64,000 nucleotides of DNA, from positions 3,919-67,918 of IMG/VR virus record IMGVR_UViG_3300045934_000106; one strand, given 5' to 3'. A program made the translations under genes and the position numbers. The notes under the pieces are model-generated. The model ran no database searches. It had not been told where the DNA came from and saw only the letters and a list, made by a program, of their open reading frames with translations. Source of the DNA: a virus. Positions 55,520-64,000 of the stretch are shown here, piece after piece (the first letter of the stretch is position 1; every line of letters begins with the position of its first letter).

Positions 55520-57976
55520 TCACATCGGCGGCGGCGGTGGTTCCTCCTCCCTCACCGGCCGCAGCATGCCGGCCTCCAACAGGTCATCGACCGACGGGCC
55601 CTGCATCGGCGTCGGCACGCCTGGCGACAACACCCCAGCCGAGACCGCTCCGTCGAGCGCTTGCGGCGGCTGTTCCTGTGCCGGCTGCAGCGCCCCCGAC
55701 TCGATCGCGCCTTCGAGCGCGCCGCCGGATCCGGGCGGTGGGGCCTCTTCCTTCGCCGGCGGCTGCGGACCAGCGGCGACCGCGGCCTGCTGCATCTGCT
55801 TCATCACCAGCGTCTGTTCGAGCATCTTCACGCTCTGCACCATGGCCATATAGACCGGCGCGTTCGCCGTGCGCATCTCTTCGGCCTCCTCGGTCTTGAG
55901 GAACTGCTTTTTGAGGTAGATGTGAACGGGCAACTCGATCATCTCGGGGTCGGGCGCTGCGGCCAGGACCTCGTCCGGCGTGCGGGCGGCCTTCCACCGA
56001 TCCAGCTCGCGCGCCACCTGCTTGCGGTCGTTGTCGAGCGACTTCTTGAAGTGCGCCAGGTTCATCTCGACGAGCAACTTGCCACTCACTTCGGGATCCA
56101 TCTGCGGCATCAGCACGCCCATCGACACGGCTTCCTTCAGCCGGAGCTGCTGCATCAGCGGGGACTTCGGCCAGGCGCTGGCGCGGTCGACCTGAATGTC
56201 AATCTGGCCGGAGAGGTCGGCGGCGGCGAACTGCTTGATCTCCCATTGCTGGTTTTCGCCCCGGATGCGGCGGAAGCGCGGCGACCACGCGCACTGCCGA
56301 GCGATGTCGAGCAGCATGAACGACAGATCGATCTCGAACTGGATCAACCCGTCGAGCGGGTTACGGAACTTCGCTTGCCCGCGCTCCTCGAGGATCTGCA
56401 CTTCGCCCAGCGTCGGATCGCCCTCCGGCCGCGAGCCGGCCAGCACAGAGTTGAGCCCGCTGACCTCCTGCATGTTGGCCTTGATGCGATCGAGGTAGTT
56501 GAACAGCGCCTCCGGCGGATTGATGCCGCGCGTCTCGGTGGGCTTCTGGCCGTCCATTGAGCGGTAGCGCACGTGCTGGCCCGGGACGCCGGTCGGCTCG
56601 TCGATGAACGTGACCGTTTCGGGCACGTAGGTCGTCGGCGCCGAGTTGTGCATGATGATCAACTGCACCAGCGCGTCGACCATGTTGTAGCTCACCTGCA
56701 ACGGCGCGAGGTCGTCGGCCGGCGGATGGCCGAACTGTGTCGCCATGCCTTCGGTCCACGAGCGGATGAGGATGTTCTTGTAGCGCCGGCCCTCGGAATC
56801 CTGGAACGGCAGCGGGCCTGGCGTCTGGGCCGTCTGGTCCTCGATCAGCTGCTCGCCGATCATCACGCCGTAGAACCCGTCCGGAAAGTAGAACTCCCCG
56901 TCATCGATCGGGTCGTGCTGCAGGCGATAGACGACCACGCCATCGAACTCGCCACTGCCGCCGGACTGACTGGTGGCGTTACCGGATTGCGGGCTCGCGA
57001 GCGACTGGAGCTGGTCCGCATAGGCGCGGGTGAGCGCGCCGTCCGCCTTGGCGCCTTTGTCCTTCACGAGGTCACGCGCCGACGGCCACATCCGGACGAT
57101 GTCCTCGGGCGCCATGCGCGTGTGCGTGAGCACCCACGGCGTGGCCTTCGCGTTCGCCCGCCGGCAGGAGGACGGCAGCGAGTATTCGACGCTGGGGATC
57201 GGCTGCGCGCAGATCCGGCCAATCGGCAGGTTCACCGACATGGGCGCCGGCACGCCGAGCTCGTCCGCCTGCGTCGCCAGCTCGAACGCCTCGGTGTCCG
57301 TGTTCTCGCACTCCGGGTTCGGACACTTGCCGAGTTCGTCGATCTCAACCGGCGTGGCCATCTCGCCGCACACGGTGCACGTGTAGACGTCGACGGGCGC
57401 CTCGCCGTACTTCGGATCGTTGTCGTAGTAGAGGCAGTAGGCGACGCCGTTGGTGAGCGCCGAGAGACGATTCAACAGGTGACGATGCCCCTGGCTGTCA
57501 TAGCCGCACTCTTCGCGGAGCACCGGGACCGCATCAATCGCCACTTCGGACGTGGCGCGGTCCTCGTCGGCGTCGGTCTTCGGGGCGAAGAGCTGCGCGG
57601 GCTCTGCCTGGTCGAGGATGGCGGTGATCCCGTCGATGTGCGCCGTAAAGAGGTTCGTGACTGGCCGTGGCACCCACTCGGGCAGGCCGCCCTTGTCCGG
57701 GTCGCTCCCGCGCTCGACGTAGCGCTGCGCGGACGGATCCCAGATCGACCAATGGTTCGCTTGGCCGCCGCGATCGAGCTTGTGATGCCAGATGTCCGCC
57801 CGATCGCGCAGCAGGCGGGCGGTGTGGCTCTTGGCGTCGCGAACGCAGCGCTCCATGAGCATCTTGCCCTGGCCCTGGTAGTCGACCGTGCGGGCCTCCG
57901 GCTCGGCGCCCGCGGCGTCCGGCAGGGGGACAGCGGCATCCTGTGCCGCGGGATCATCAGGAGGCGGTACGTGCAC
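55520..57976 (-). CDS. portal protein
   Basis: 818 aa; RPVTNLF...TDADEDRATSEVA, DDLAPLQVSYN, QEVSGLNSVLAG; lies between terminase and scaffold. Confidence 0.82.
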   Translation of the reverse strand: MHVPPPDDPAAQDAAVPLPDAAGAEPEARTVDYQGQGKMLMERCVRDAKSHTARLLRDRADIWHHKLDRGGQANHWSIWDPSAQRYVERGSDPDKGGLPEWVPRPVTNLFTAHIDGITAILDQAEPAQLFAPKTDADEDRATSEVAIDAVPVLREECGYDSQGHRHLLNRLSALTNGVAYCLYYDNDPKYGEAPVDVYTCTVCGEMATPVEIDELGKCPNPECENTDTEAFELATQADELGVPAPMSVNLPIGRICAQPIPSVEYSLPSSCRRANAKATPWVLTHTRMAPEDIVRMWPSARDLVKDKGAKADGALTRAYADQLQSLASPQSGNATSQSGGSGEFDGVVVYRLQHDPIDDGEFYFPDGFYGVMIGEQLIEDQTAQTPGPLPFQDSEGRRYKNILIRSWTEGMATQFGHPPADDLAPLQVSYNMVDALVQLIIMHNSAPTTYVPETVTFIDEPTGVPGQHVRYRSMDGQKPTETRGINPPEALFNYLDRIKANMQEVSGLNSVLAGSRPEGDPTLGEVQILEERGQAKFRNPLDGLIQFEIDLSFMLLDIARQCAWSPRFRRIRGENQQWEIKQFAAADLSGQIDIQVDRASAWPKSPLMQQLRLKEAVSMGVLMPQMDPEVSGKLLVEMNLAHFKKSLDNDRKQVARELDRWKAARTPDEVLAAAPDPEMIELPVHIYLKKQFLKTEEAEEMRTANAPVYMAMVQSVKMLEQTLVMKQMQQAAVAAGPQPPAKEEAPPPGSGGALEGAIESGALQPAQEQPPQALDGAVSAGVLSPGVPTPMQGPSVDDLLEAGMLRPVREEEPPPPPM

Positions 57977-58271
57977 TCGTCATCGCTTCCTGGCCCGGCG
58001 GCGGTGACGGCATCTCGGTCATTTGCATCGCGCGGAAGGCGCGATGAATAGCGGGTTCGGAGGCCGAACGTGGGGCGGTGGCTACTCCGGAGACTTGTTT
58101 GACTTCGAGCAGACGGTCGAGGGTGCGTTCTTCGCGCTCACGCCAGTACTGCGCCTCGTATTTCAGGTTCGCCACGTCGCGCTCGAGGACCTCGCAGCGT
58201 GCGCACGGCGGCGGCGACGCGACGCCGCGCAAGAGACGCCAGGCGAGCGAGAGGCGCGCGACCCACGTCAT
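57957..58271 (-). CDS. hypothetical coiled-coil protein
   Basis: CARCEVLERDVANL; coupled to neighbours. Confidence 0.65.
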   Translation of the reverse strand: MTWVARLSLAWRLLRGVASPPPCARCEVLERDVANLKYEAQYWREREERTLDRLLEVKQVSGVATAPRSASEPAIHRAFRAMQMTEMPSPPPGQEAMTSARTAS

Positions 58272-58468
58272 CGCGGGGTCAGCACCTTGTCGATGAGCAC
58301 GTTACCGTCACGGAACAGCGAGGCCACGAGGATGCGACGCTGGCCGCCGGCCGTGCGGACGTATTCGACCTTGTTGTCATCGAGCCACTTGTACATCGTG
58401 CGACGGCACACCCCGGCGATGACGCAGGCTTGATTGATGTTCACGTGCTGACGCCGCTCGTCCATCAC
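58268..58468 (-). CDS. excisionase-family (HTH_17/MerR-like) DNA-binding protein
   Basis: NINQACVIAGVCRRTMYKWLDDNKVEYVRTAGGQRRI. Confidence 0.85.
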   Translation of the reverse strand: MMDERRQHVNINQACVIAGVCRRTMYKWLDDNKVEYVRTAGGQRRILVASLFRDGNVLIDKVLTPR

Positions 58469-58507
58469 AGACTCCGTTGTAGCACTCCGACCGCGAAACC
58501 GCCCAGA

Positions 58508-59008
58508 TCAGGCCGGGTCGGGGATGAACTCGTTGCCCCGGACCTGTCCGGACAACTGTCCGGTCTGGTTGATGCTCGAGATGCGCAGGTGCACCGGCCC
58601 GCCGTCACGCGGCACCTGAACGACGGTCGGCAGCTTCATCGGGGTCGCCGAGCTCGCGAGGGCACGCAGGAACATTTCGAGGCGTGGGGCGTACGACAGT
58701 TCCGGCAGCTTCGGCTCGGGGTTCGGTGCGGGCGCGTCGACGAGCGGGGTATAGCCGCTCTCGAACGCCTCGGCCGGACTGAACGACAAATAGCCGTCCG
58801 CGTAGGCCACGAAGTAGCCGCCCGGTTGCGGCGTGTGCTTCTTCATGTAGGCGGCGTCGACGTCGGCCTGGAAGGCGATTTCTGCCGCCCCGATCGGCGC
58901 GAGCGTGAGGCGCCCGGCGCCGTCCTGCTCGATCACCTCGACCGCCACGATCTTCGCGGCGTGGACGACCTTGTGTGACTGGTACTGCGGTAACAGCTTG
59001 ACGTTCAT
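58508..59008 (-). CDS. conserved phage protein (GYxVxYxDGYxSxSP family)
   Basis: LPQYQSHKVVHAAKI...PQPGGYFVAYADGYLSFSPAEAFESGYT. Confidence 0.75.
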   Translation of the reverse strand: MNVKLLPQYQSHKVVHAAKIVAVEVIEQDGAGRLTLAPIGAAEIAFQADVDAAYMKKHTPQPGGYFVAYADGYLSFSPAEAFESGYTPLVDAPAPNPEPKLPELSYAPRLEMFLRALASSATPMKLPTVVQVPRDGGPVHLRISSINQTGQLSGQVRGNEFIPDPA

Positions 59009-59301
59009 CTCGGCGGCGGCTCCTTGGCCGGCGGCGGTGGCGCGGGCTTTGGTGCAGGTGGCGGCGCGGGCGTCGCGGCGATCACCGTGCGCGCGTTGTC
59101 GCACACCGCCCGATCCAGCGTGATACGAGACTGCGCGTTGTCCTTGTAGACGAGGCGCAGATAGCACGTGCCCGCTTCATCGTAGAGCACGGCCGTTTGC
59201 AGGTAGGCATTGAGGCTCGTCGTCGACGGCCGTGTGTAGTAGCCGACACTGGCGCAGCCACACAGCGACGCCGTCGCGATGAGCAGGGCCATCGTCTTCA
59301 C
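59005..59301 (-). CDS. lipoprotein with Pro-rich tail
   Basis: Lipobox SLCGC after a hydrophobic stretch; C-terminal PAPPPAPKPAPPP. Confidence 0.65.
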   Translation of the reverse strand: MKTMALLIATASLCGCASVGYYTRPSTTSLNAYLQTAVLYDEAGTCYLRLVYKDNAQSRITLDRAVCDNARTVIAATPAPPPAPKPAPPPPAKEPPPR

Positions 59302-59302
59302 G

Positions 59303-59527
59303 TTAGAACTGGCCCTTGAGCGCAATCGAGCCGTTGGCGATGTGCACGCACTCGCGCAGCTTGCGCACGGCGACGGTCTGGTCCGCAGACTGCGGCGTGT
59401 TCGCGACGAGGATCTTCGCAAACACTTTGGCGCCCGCGCGAATGGCCTCGTATTTCGGGATCTGGTCCGGTGTCGGAGCGTGATACGTGAACAGGTCCTC
59501 AATCGCGTCGTCGTCGAGCTTCTTCAT
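59303..59527 (-). CDS. Acb2/Tad1-like helical-hairpin protein (candidate immune-signal sponge)
   Basis: FTYHAPTPDQIPKYEAIR...TPQSADQTVAVRKLRECVHIANGSIA. Confidence 0.65.
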   Translation of the reverse strand: MKKLDDDAIEDLFTYHAPTPDQIPKYEAIRAGAKVFAKILVANTPQSADQTVAVRKLRECVHIANGSIALKGQF

Positions 59528-59721
59528 TGGCTCCTTTCACGCTTGCACTCAGGGCAAGCGATCTCGCCGTCGCCGTGCATGCACTCGCCTGCGCCGCGAC
59601 ACATATCGTCGATGCAGACGACGATGAAGCCCGCGCCCATGCAGGCGTTACAGCCGTCGTCGTATGGGTATTCGTCGTCGTGGCCGTACTCGTCTTCGTC
59701 GAAGTCGCCGCGCATAGTCAT
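59524..59721 (-). CDS. small Cys-rich zinc-finger protein
   Basis: CNACMGAG...CIDDMC...CMHGDG...CPEC. Confidence 0.7.
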   Translation of the reverse strand: MTMRGDFDEDEYGHDDEYPYDDGCNACMGAGFIVVCIDDMCRGAGECMHGDGEIACPECKRERSQ

Positions 59722-59733
59722 CGACCTTTCGTC

Positions 59734-60015
59734 TTACGCCAGGTTCGCCAGTACTGACGGTGCTCGGCGCCGCGGCTGGCGCCCGAAATAGGTCTCGAAG
59801 CCATACCGGCGTTCGGTGCCGCAGACCTCGCAGACCGCGAGGTCATGGCCGGAGGCGCGATGGGGCGTGTGCTGCAACGCGCGCAGGCGCACGACGAGAT
59901 CGTCCGGCACTGGGTAGACCGTGGCCACGGACGATTCATGCTCGCGATACTCGGTGACGGCCGCGTCGACGTCAGCGACCCTCGGGTTACACCGTCCTTC
60001 GCAGATCAGCTCCAT
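59734..60015 (-). CDS. hypothetical zinc-binding protein
   Basis: LICEGRCN...HTPH...CEVCGTERRYG. Confidence 0.65.
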   Translation of the reverse strand: MELICEGRCNPRVADVDAAVTEYREHESSVATVYPVPDDLVVRLRALQHTPHRASGHDLAVCEVCGTERRYGFETYFGRQPRRRAPSVLANLA

Positions 60016-60030
60016 CGTGGCTCCAAGGAT

Positions 60031-60480
60031 TTACTTCGGCCATCCGAACAGGGCCCACCGCAGGCGGCGGACGAACGACATCCCGCGAAAGTCGATGAGC
60101 GCGGCGACCGCCAGGTGATGCGCGCCGAGCGTGGGCACGTCGTCCCGCATCTTGTGATACGCGGCCGCCGCCGACTCGTTGAACGCCACGACCTGGTTCT
60201 CGGCCCGCGTCACGCTCTCGCTGATCACGTGCTGACGCTGCTCGAGGGCCATCACCATCTTGCCTTGCGCGTCGAGGCGGCGCGTCAGCTCCGCTCGCGT
60301 CGCTTCCAGCGTGCGCTCGAACTCCTGCACCTGCTTGGCGACGCGTTGGGACACGTCCGTCGCGTGATTGGCGCTGGTAATGCACTCGTTCGTGCGGAGG
60401 ACGGCTTCGTCGTGGATACGGGCGGCCTCTTCGACCACGTCAGCGACGGTCGCGAAGTTCCGCTTTTGTTCTCGGCCCAT
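60031..60480 (-). CDS. coiled-coil hypothetical protein
   Basis: Heptad-rich; ends FVRRLRWALFG. Confidence 0.65.
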   Translation of the reverse strand: MGREQKRNFATVADVVEEAARIHDEAVLRTNECITSANHATDVSQRVAKQVQEFERTLEATRAELTRRLDAQGKMVMALEQRQHVISESVTRAENQVVAFNESAAAAYHKMRDDVPTLGAHHLAVAALIDFRGMSFVRRLRWALFGWPK

Positions 60481-60643
60481 AGAGTGGTCCCGGCGTCACG
60501 GGGATCGAGCGCTCTACCGGCTCCCCGGATCGTGGGTGCCGGGCTTCCACCTTCACCCACAATCCGGCTCCCGGGGATGCAGTCGCTGCTAGAGGCTCAT
60601 AACGAGCACCAGCCTGACAAAAGGCTGCGGTGGAGCGCAAGAG

Positions 60644-63208
60644 CTAGCGGCGGACCAGACTCCCCATCACGCCGCCCGGGCGTTTCTTGTGGCGCTTGTC
60701 GAGCGTTTCGTAGTGCTGCCGCTCGAGCGCCGGCAGGTGCGCGTAGGGGTCGACGATGAGCGTGCGGTCTTGGAACGGACGCGCCTCGAAGAACCGGCCG
60801 ATGTCCTCGTAGCAGTTATGAACCAGGAGGCCGTTGGCGAAGAACTCGTGCGCGTCTTCGACGGTTAGGTCATACACCGCGGCGCGCCCGCTTGGCCGCA
60901 CGGTAGTAACACTTCGGGTCACCGCAGAAGCGCTTGTTCGGTCGCTTCGTGGCGAATCGAGCGCCGCACCCATCGCACCGGACAAAGCGCGTCGGCTTCG
61001 ACTCTCGCTGTCGTTCCTCGAACGAACGATTGATGCACTTGGCGGAACAATAATTGACGTCGCGCAGCTGGTCACCGGCGATGTCAGCGGGTCCCCCACA
61101 CATCGCGCAGGTCGTGAGGACACGAGGGATTGCCAGCCGCGCTTCAGAAGCGTATCCAGCGTTCTCGCGACGCGCAGCGCGCTGGCGAGGAGTCGGATTC
61201 CTACTATGGAGCGAGAGATGCTGCTTTCGAGGCAAGAGTTCGAGATTGTCGGGATGGTTGTTTGCACGGTTCCCATCCTTGTGGTGCACATGACAGCCAA
61301 ACGGCAGACGCCCGTGCGTGTCTCGCCACACGCGGCGGTGAAGGCGACCGTAGCCACGGCGCGCAAAGTAGCGACCGCATTTGTAATAGACCACGTCCCG
61401 CCACACCTGCGCTGTCTCTGACAGCACGATTGGAGCTTCGACCACAAGGAAACCTCTGTCGCGTAATACGGTATGAAGTCGTTGGATATTTCGTCGACAC
61501 GGATGAATCCACGCGTTTTGTCAAAGATTCCATGGTTCCCAGTGGCGCGCACGGCGCCGCCAGGTGTCACGACCTCGAACACCTCGGCATCTGGCGATGT
61601 CTGCCAGGCACGCAACACCCGCCGATAGCCTCGGCGCGTCAGGAGCCTGTCACCGGCCAGAATCCGCTCGATCGGCGTCAGTCCTTCGTCGGTGTGCACC
61701 AGCGTGCCCTCGGCGATGCAGTGGTTCTCGGAGTCTTCGTCCTCCACGTCGGGATCTTCCTCGTCCCATGGGATGTCCGGGACCGTGCGGATCGCCTCCG
61801 GGCACGCAGTCGTGATCGTCCAGTTCGGCAACCCGTCGACGTTGGTCTGCAGGGCATCGAGCCAGCGCTGCGGCCGCGACTCCCGGGCCGGCCGGCCCGC
61901 GGCACCGAGCCGCACGTTGCAGAGGTGCAGCAGCTCGTCGCAGTAGACCTCGTAGATCGATTTCGCGCGGCCGAGTTCCTCCCGTGACGCCTTCATCGAG
62001 GGGTCGATCACGATCCACTCGGGCTTGTAGTTCCGGTGTTCGAGCAGCTGGCGAATCATCTGCGCCTGTTCCACGTCGCGCTTGCGGGGCATGTAGAACT
62101 CGAAGAAGGTCCGCACGTGGCCACCGGGCAGGCCGGCATGCAGGTGAAACGACCACGGCACGCCATAGCCGTAGTCGACCGAGCCCCAGATCGGGGCGCC
62201 TGCCGGCGGCTTCCAATGCGCGTTGGGGATCACGTGCCAGGGGATCACCTGACCGACCGACAGCGCCGCCGAGAGCGCCAGCAGATCCTCGTCGGTCTCG
62301 TGGATCATCTTCTTCTCGCGCCAGAACGGGCCGACGATCATCTGATCGTAGGCGTCCCAATCGCCCTCCGCCAGTTGCTTCGCCTTGTCGCCCCCCAGCG
62401 CGTAGACCTTGGCCAGGTAGTGCGGATCGGCGTTGGCCAGCGCCATGTTGTCGTGGAACCACGCCGGGATGAACTGCCGCGTGGGCACGAACTCTGGTTT
62501 GCTCGGATCGCCGGGGAGCGGCAACGGGCGCCACACCTCGAAGGGCTGCGGCGGCAGGCGCCCCGGGCCAAGCTCCTCGGGCCGAGGCCGCAAGAACCAG
62601 CGTTTGAGCCATCCATGGCCGACACCGCCCGGGTTCGACATCAGGCGGATGCGCTTGCGCATGCCGAGACGCGCCGAGCGCACGCGCGTCATCAGGTATT
62701 TCACCTGGAACTCGGTGAAGTGGGACGCCTCGTCGATGAACAGCGCCACCCACTGCGCCGACTGGTAGCTGTAGACATCTTTCTCGTGCTGTGCGTGGCA
62801 GAACCAGAGCTGTGAGCCGTTCCAGAACGTCGCCACCAAATCCGAGGCATTGAACTTGGCGATGTAATCCGGCACGAGCAGCAGGAAGCGGCTGATGATC
62901 TCCTGCTTCAGTTCCTTCAACTTGCGGCGGAAGAACGCGACTTTGACGTTCGGGTTCTCGATGCAGATCGTGATCGCCTCGACCAGGCCGAACTCGGACT
63001 TGCCGCCACCGACGGCGCCGCCGTAGAACAGGACCTCGGCGACGGAGGCGTGCGCGAACGCCTGTTTCGGCTGCGGAACGCAGCGATCACGGCGGGGATG
63101 GCAGGGGGGATCGTGCACGCACTCGCCGGACGGATCGGTGTAGCCCCAATTCCAGCCGGCGCGCAGGGACGCGAGGCGGCGCGCTTCCTTCGAGCGCTTA
63201 CCGCTCAT
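60644..63208 (-). CDS. terL: terminase large subunit with intein
   Basis: YGGAVGGGKS Walker A, FIDEASHF Walker B, SNPGGVGHGWLKRWF, nuclease VDYG...IDPS, and ENH|CYED split by the intein. Confidence 0.95.
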   Translation of the reverse strand: MSGKRSKEARRLASLRAGWNWGYTDPSGECVHDPPCHPRRDRCVPQPKQAFAHASVAEVLFYGGAVGGGKSEFGLVEAITICIENPNVKVAFFRRKLKELKQEIISRFLLLVPDYIAKFNASDLVATFWNGSQLWFCHAQHEKDVYSYQSAQWVALFIDEASHFTEFQVKYLMTRVRSARLGMRKRIRLMSNPGGVGHGWLKRWFLRPRPEELGPGRLPPQPFEVWRPLPLPGDPSKPEFVPTRQFIPAWFHDNMALANADPHYLAKVYALGGDKAKQLAEGDWDAYDQMIVGPFWREKKMIHETDEDLLALSAALSVGQVIPWHVIPNAHWKPPAGAPIWGSVDYGYGVPWSFHLHAGLPGGHVRTFFEFYMPRKRDVEQAQMIRQLLEHRNYKPEWIVIDPSMKASREELGRAKSIYEVYCDELLHLCNVRLGAAGRPARESRPQRWLDALQTNVDGLPNWTITTACPEAIRTVPDIPWDEEDPDVEDEDSENHCIAEGTLVHTDEGLTPIERILAGDRLLTRRGYRRVLRAWQTSPDAEVFEVVTPGGAVRATGNHGIFDKTRGFIRVDEISNDFIPYYATEVSLWSKLQSCCQRQRRCGGTWSITNAVATLRAVATVAFTAACGETRTGVCRLAVMCTTRMGTVQTTIPTISNSCLESSISRSIVGIRLLASALRVARTLDTLLKRGWQSLVSSRPARCVGDPLTSPVTSCATSIIVPPSASIVRSRNDSESRSRRALSGAMGAALDSPRSDRTSASAVTRSVTTVRPSGRAAVYDLTVEDAHEFFANGLLVHNCYEDIGRFFEARPFQDRTLIVDPYAHLPALERQHYETLDKRHKKRPGGVMGSLVRR
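60815..61720 (-). mobile_element. intein in the terminase nuclease domain, with no in-frame endonuclease
   Basis: Starts CIAEGTLVHTDEG; block B RATGNHGIF; ends VYDLTVEDAHEFFANGLLVHN followed by C. Confidence 0.93.
60870..61445 (-). CDS. HNH endonuclease nested out of frame inside the terminase intein
   Basis: RLHRRVW...HVHHKDGNRANNHPDNLELL...H, then CAMC/YCSAKC and CDGC/FCGDPKC; GAGGT RBS before the GTG. Confidence 0.9.
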   Translation of the reverse strand: MVEAPIVLSETAQVWRDVVYYKCGRYFARRGYGRLHRRVWRDTHGRLPFGCHVHHKDGNRANNHPDNLELLPRKQHLSLHSRNPTPRQRAARRENAGYASEARLAIPRVLTTCAMCGGPADIAGDQLRDVNYCSAKCINRSFEERQRESKPTRFVRCDGCGARFATKRPNKRFCGDPKCYYRAAKRARRGV

Positions 63209-63846
63209 TCATCATCAGGCGTCGGATCTCCCGAAACTCCTGGCTTCTCTTCGGTGTCGCCCATCACGCGCACGACGCTGCGATGATGCGTGAAGGTCGC
63301 GGTGTAGGCGTCGTCGACATCGCCCAGGTCGACGCCGGAGAGGAACCGGCCCTCCTCGTTGGTCGTCCAGTCCCCCTCACGGTACTGGCGCGCGACCTCG
63401 GCCTCGATACGCAGCTGCTCGAACGTGGGTTCGTCATAGAACCCCTGCGGCCGGTGCACGCGCTCGAGGACGTTCAGCGCGTAGAGCTTGTGGAGATACG
63501 TCGCATTCGCCGCGATCGGCGGCCACGTCCAAGGCGGCTCATCATCGAGCAGGAAGACGACGCGCGGTTCCTGGCGATAGAGCGTGACCTGCGTATCGCG
63601 TGGCGCACCCCACCGCAGACTGCCGCCGATCAGGCAGCTCCCCAGCTCCATCCGATGAAACGTGAGCGCGTTCGGATGATCGGGCGCTCGCACGCCCAGC
63701 TCTTCGAGCGCGACGCGGAAGAGCACCTGTCGCTCCAGAGCGAGAGACTCACTGTCCCGGCGCCCGAAGGTGCGGAGGAACTCGGCAAGCTCCAGCGACG
63801 GCGGCTGCGACTGGCGCAGCACGCGGAACCATTCACGGACCGTCAT
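63205..63846 (-). CDS. hypothetical protein upstream of the terminase
   Basis: Coupled by ATGA overlaps on both sides. Confidence 0.6.
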   Translation of the reverse strand: MTVREWFRVLRQSQPPSLELAEFLRTFGRRDSESLALERQVLFRVALEELGVRAPDHPNALTFHRMELGSCLIGGSLRWGAPRDTQVTLYRQEPRVVFLLDDEPPWTWPPIAANATYLHKLYALNVLERVHRPQGFYDEPTFEQLRIEAEVARQYREGDWTTNEEGRFLSGVDLGDVDDAYTATFTHHRSVVRVMGDTEEKPGVSGDPTPDDE

Positions 63847-64000
63847 TCGGGGTTCTCCCTCGGCTGGAGCACGCCGCGCCAATACCGCGGCAAATCGGCC
63901 TGCGCCTCGACGAGGTAGCGGTCACAGCACGGATCACAGTCGGCGATCCGCACGTGCAGCGTCGTCCAATTGTTCTTGTTGAACAGCCGCAGATGCCCCA
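63843..64000 (-). CDS. hypothetical protein (partial, 5' end outside the window)
   Basis: Open frame ...GHLRLFNKNNWTTLHV...RENPE, with its stop overlapping the next ATG. Confidence 0.45.
   Translation of the reverse strand, partial: GHLRLFNKNNWTTLHVRIADCDPCCDRYLVEAQADLPRYWRGVLQPRENPE

Noticed and set aside
63205-63846. Terminase small subunit
   Set aside because: The position fits, but no HTH or other recognisable TerS feature was seen; left as hypothetical

Overview
This window is most of the genome of a high-GC temperate tailed phage, almost entirely encoded on the minus strand. No tape measure or sheath gene is evident, so it is probably podovirus-like. The likely host is a diderm bacterium. 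In transcription order from the right end it carries: an intein-containing terminase; small accessory and anti-defence genes (Acb2/Tad1-like); portal; a structured non-coding gap; scaffold and major capsid protein; tail/adaptor genes; putative ejection proteins; a 4698-aa polyvalent DarB-like protein (2H phosphoesterase, N6 methyltransferase, SNF2 helicase, zincin, LPD38); and a lysis cluster. An intact attP (3' half of tRNA-Arg-UCU) sits next to a frameshifted tyrosine integrase. It is followed by a cI/cro-like switch, GroES, RecT and exonuclease, a DUF1376 replication protein, a second HTH switch with three operators, and an intein-containing C5 DNA methyltransferase. The most unusual signals are: (1) two HNH endonuclease genes overprinted in an alternative frame inside host genes whose own frame stays open, one inside an intein and one with no recognisable splicing element; (2) a third overprinted gene inside the giant protein; (3) five tail-module proteins with N-terminal signal peptides; (4) an Acb1-like domain inside the giant protein; and (5) highly structured intergenic RNA candidates. 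All functional calls come from motif recognition by eye, with no database searches run.
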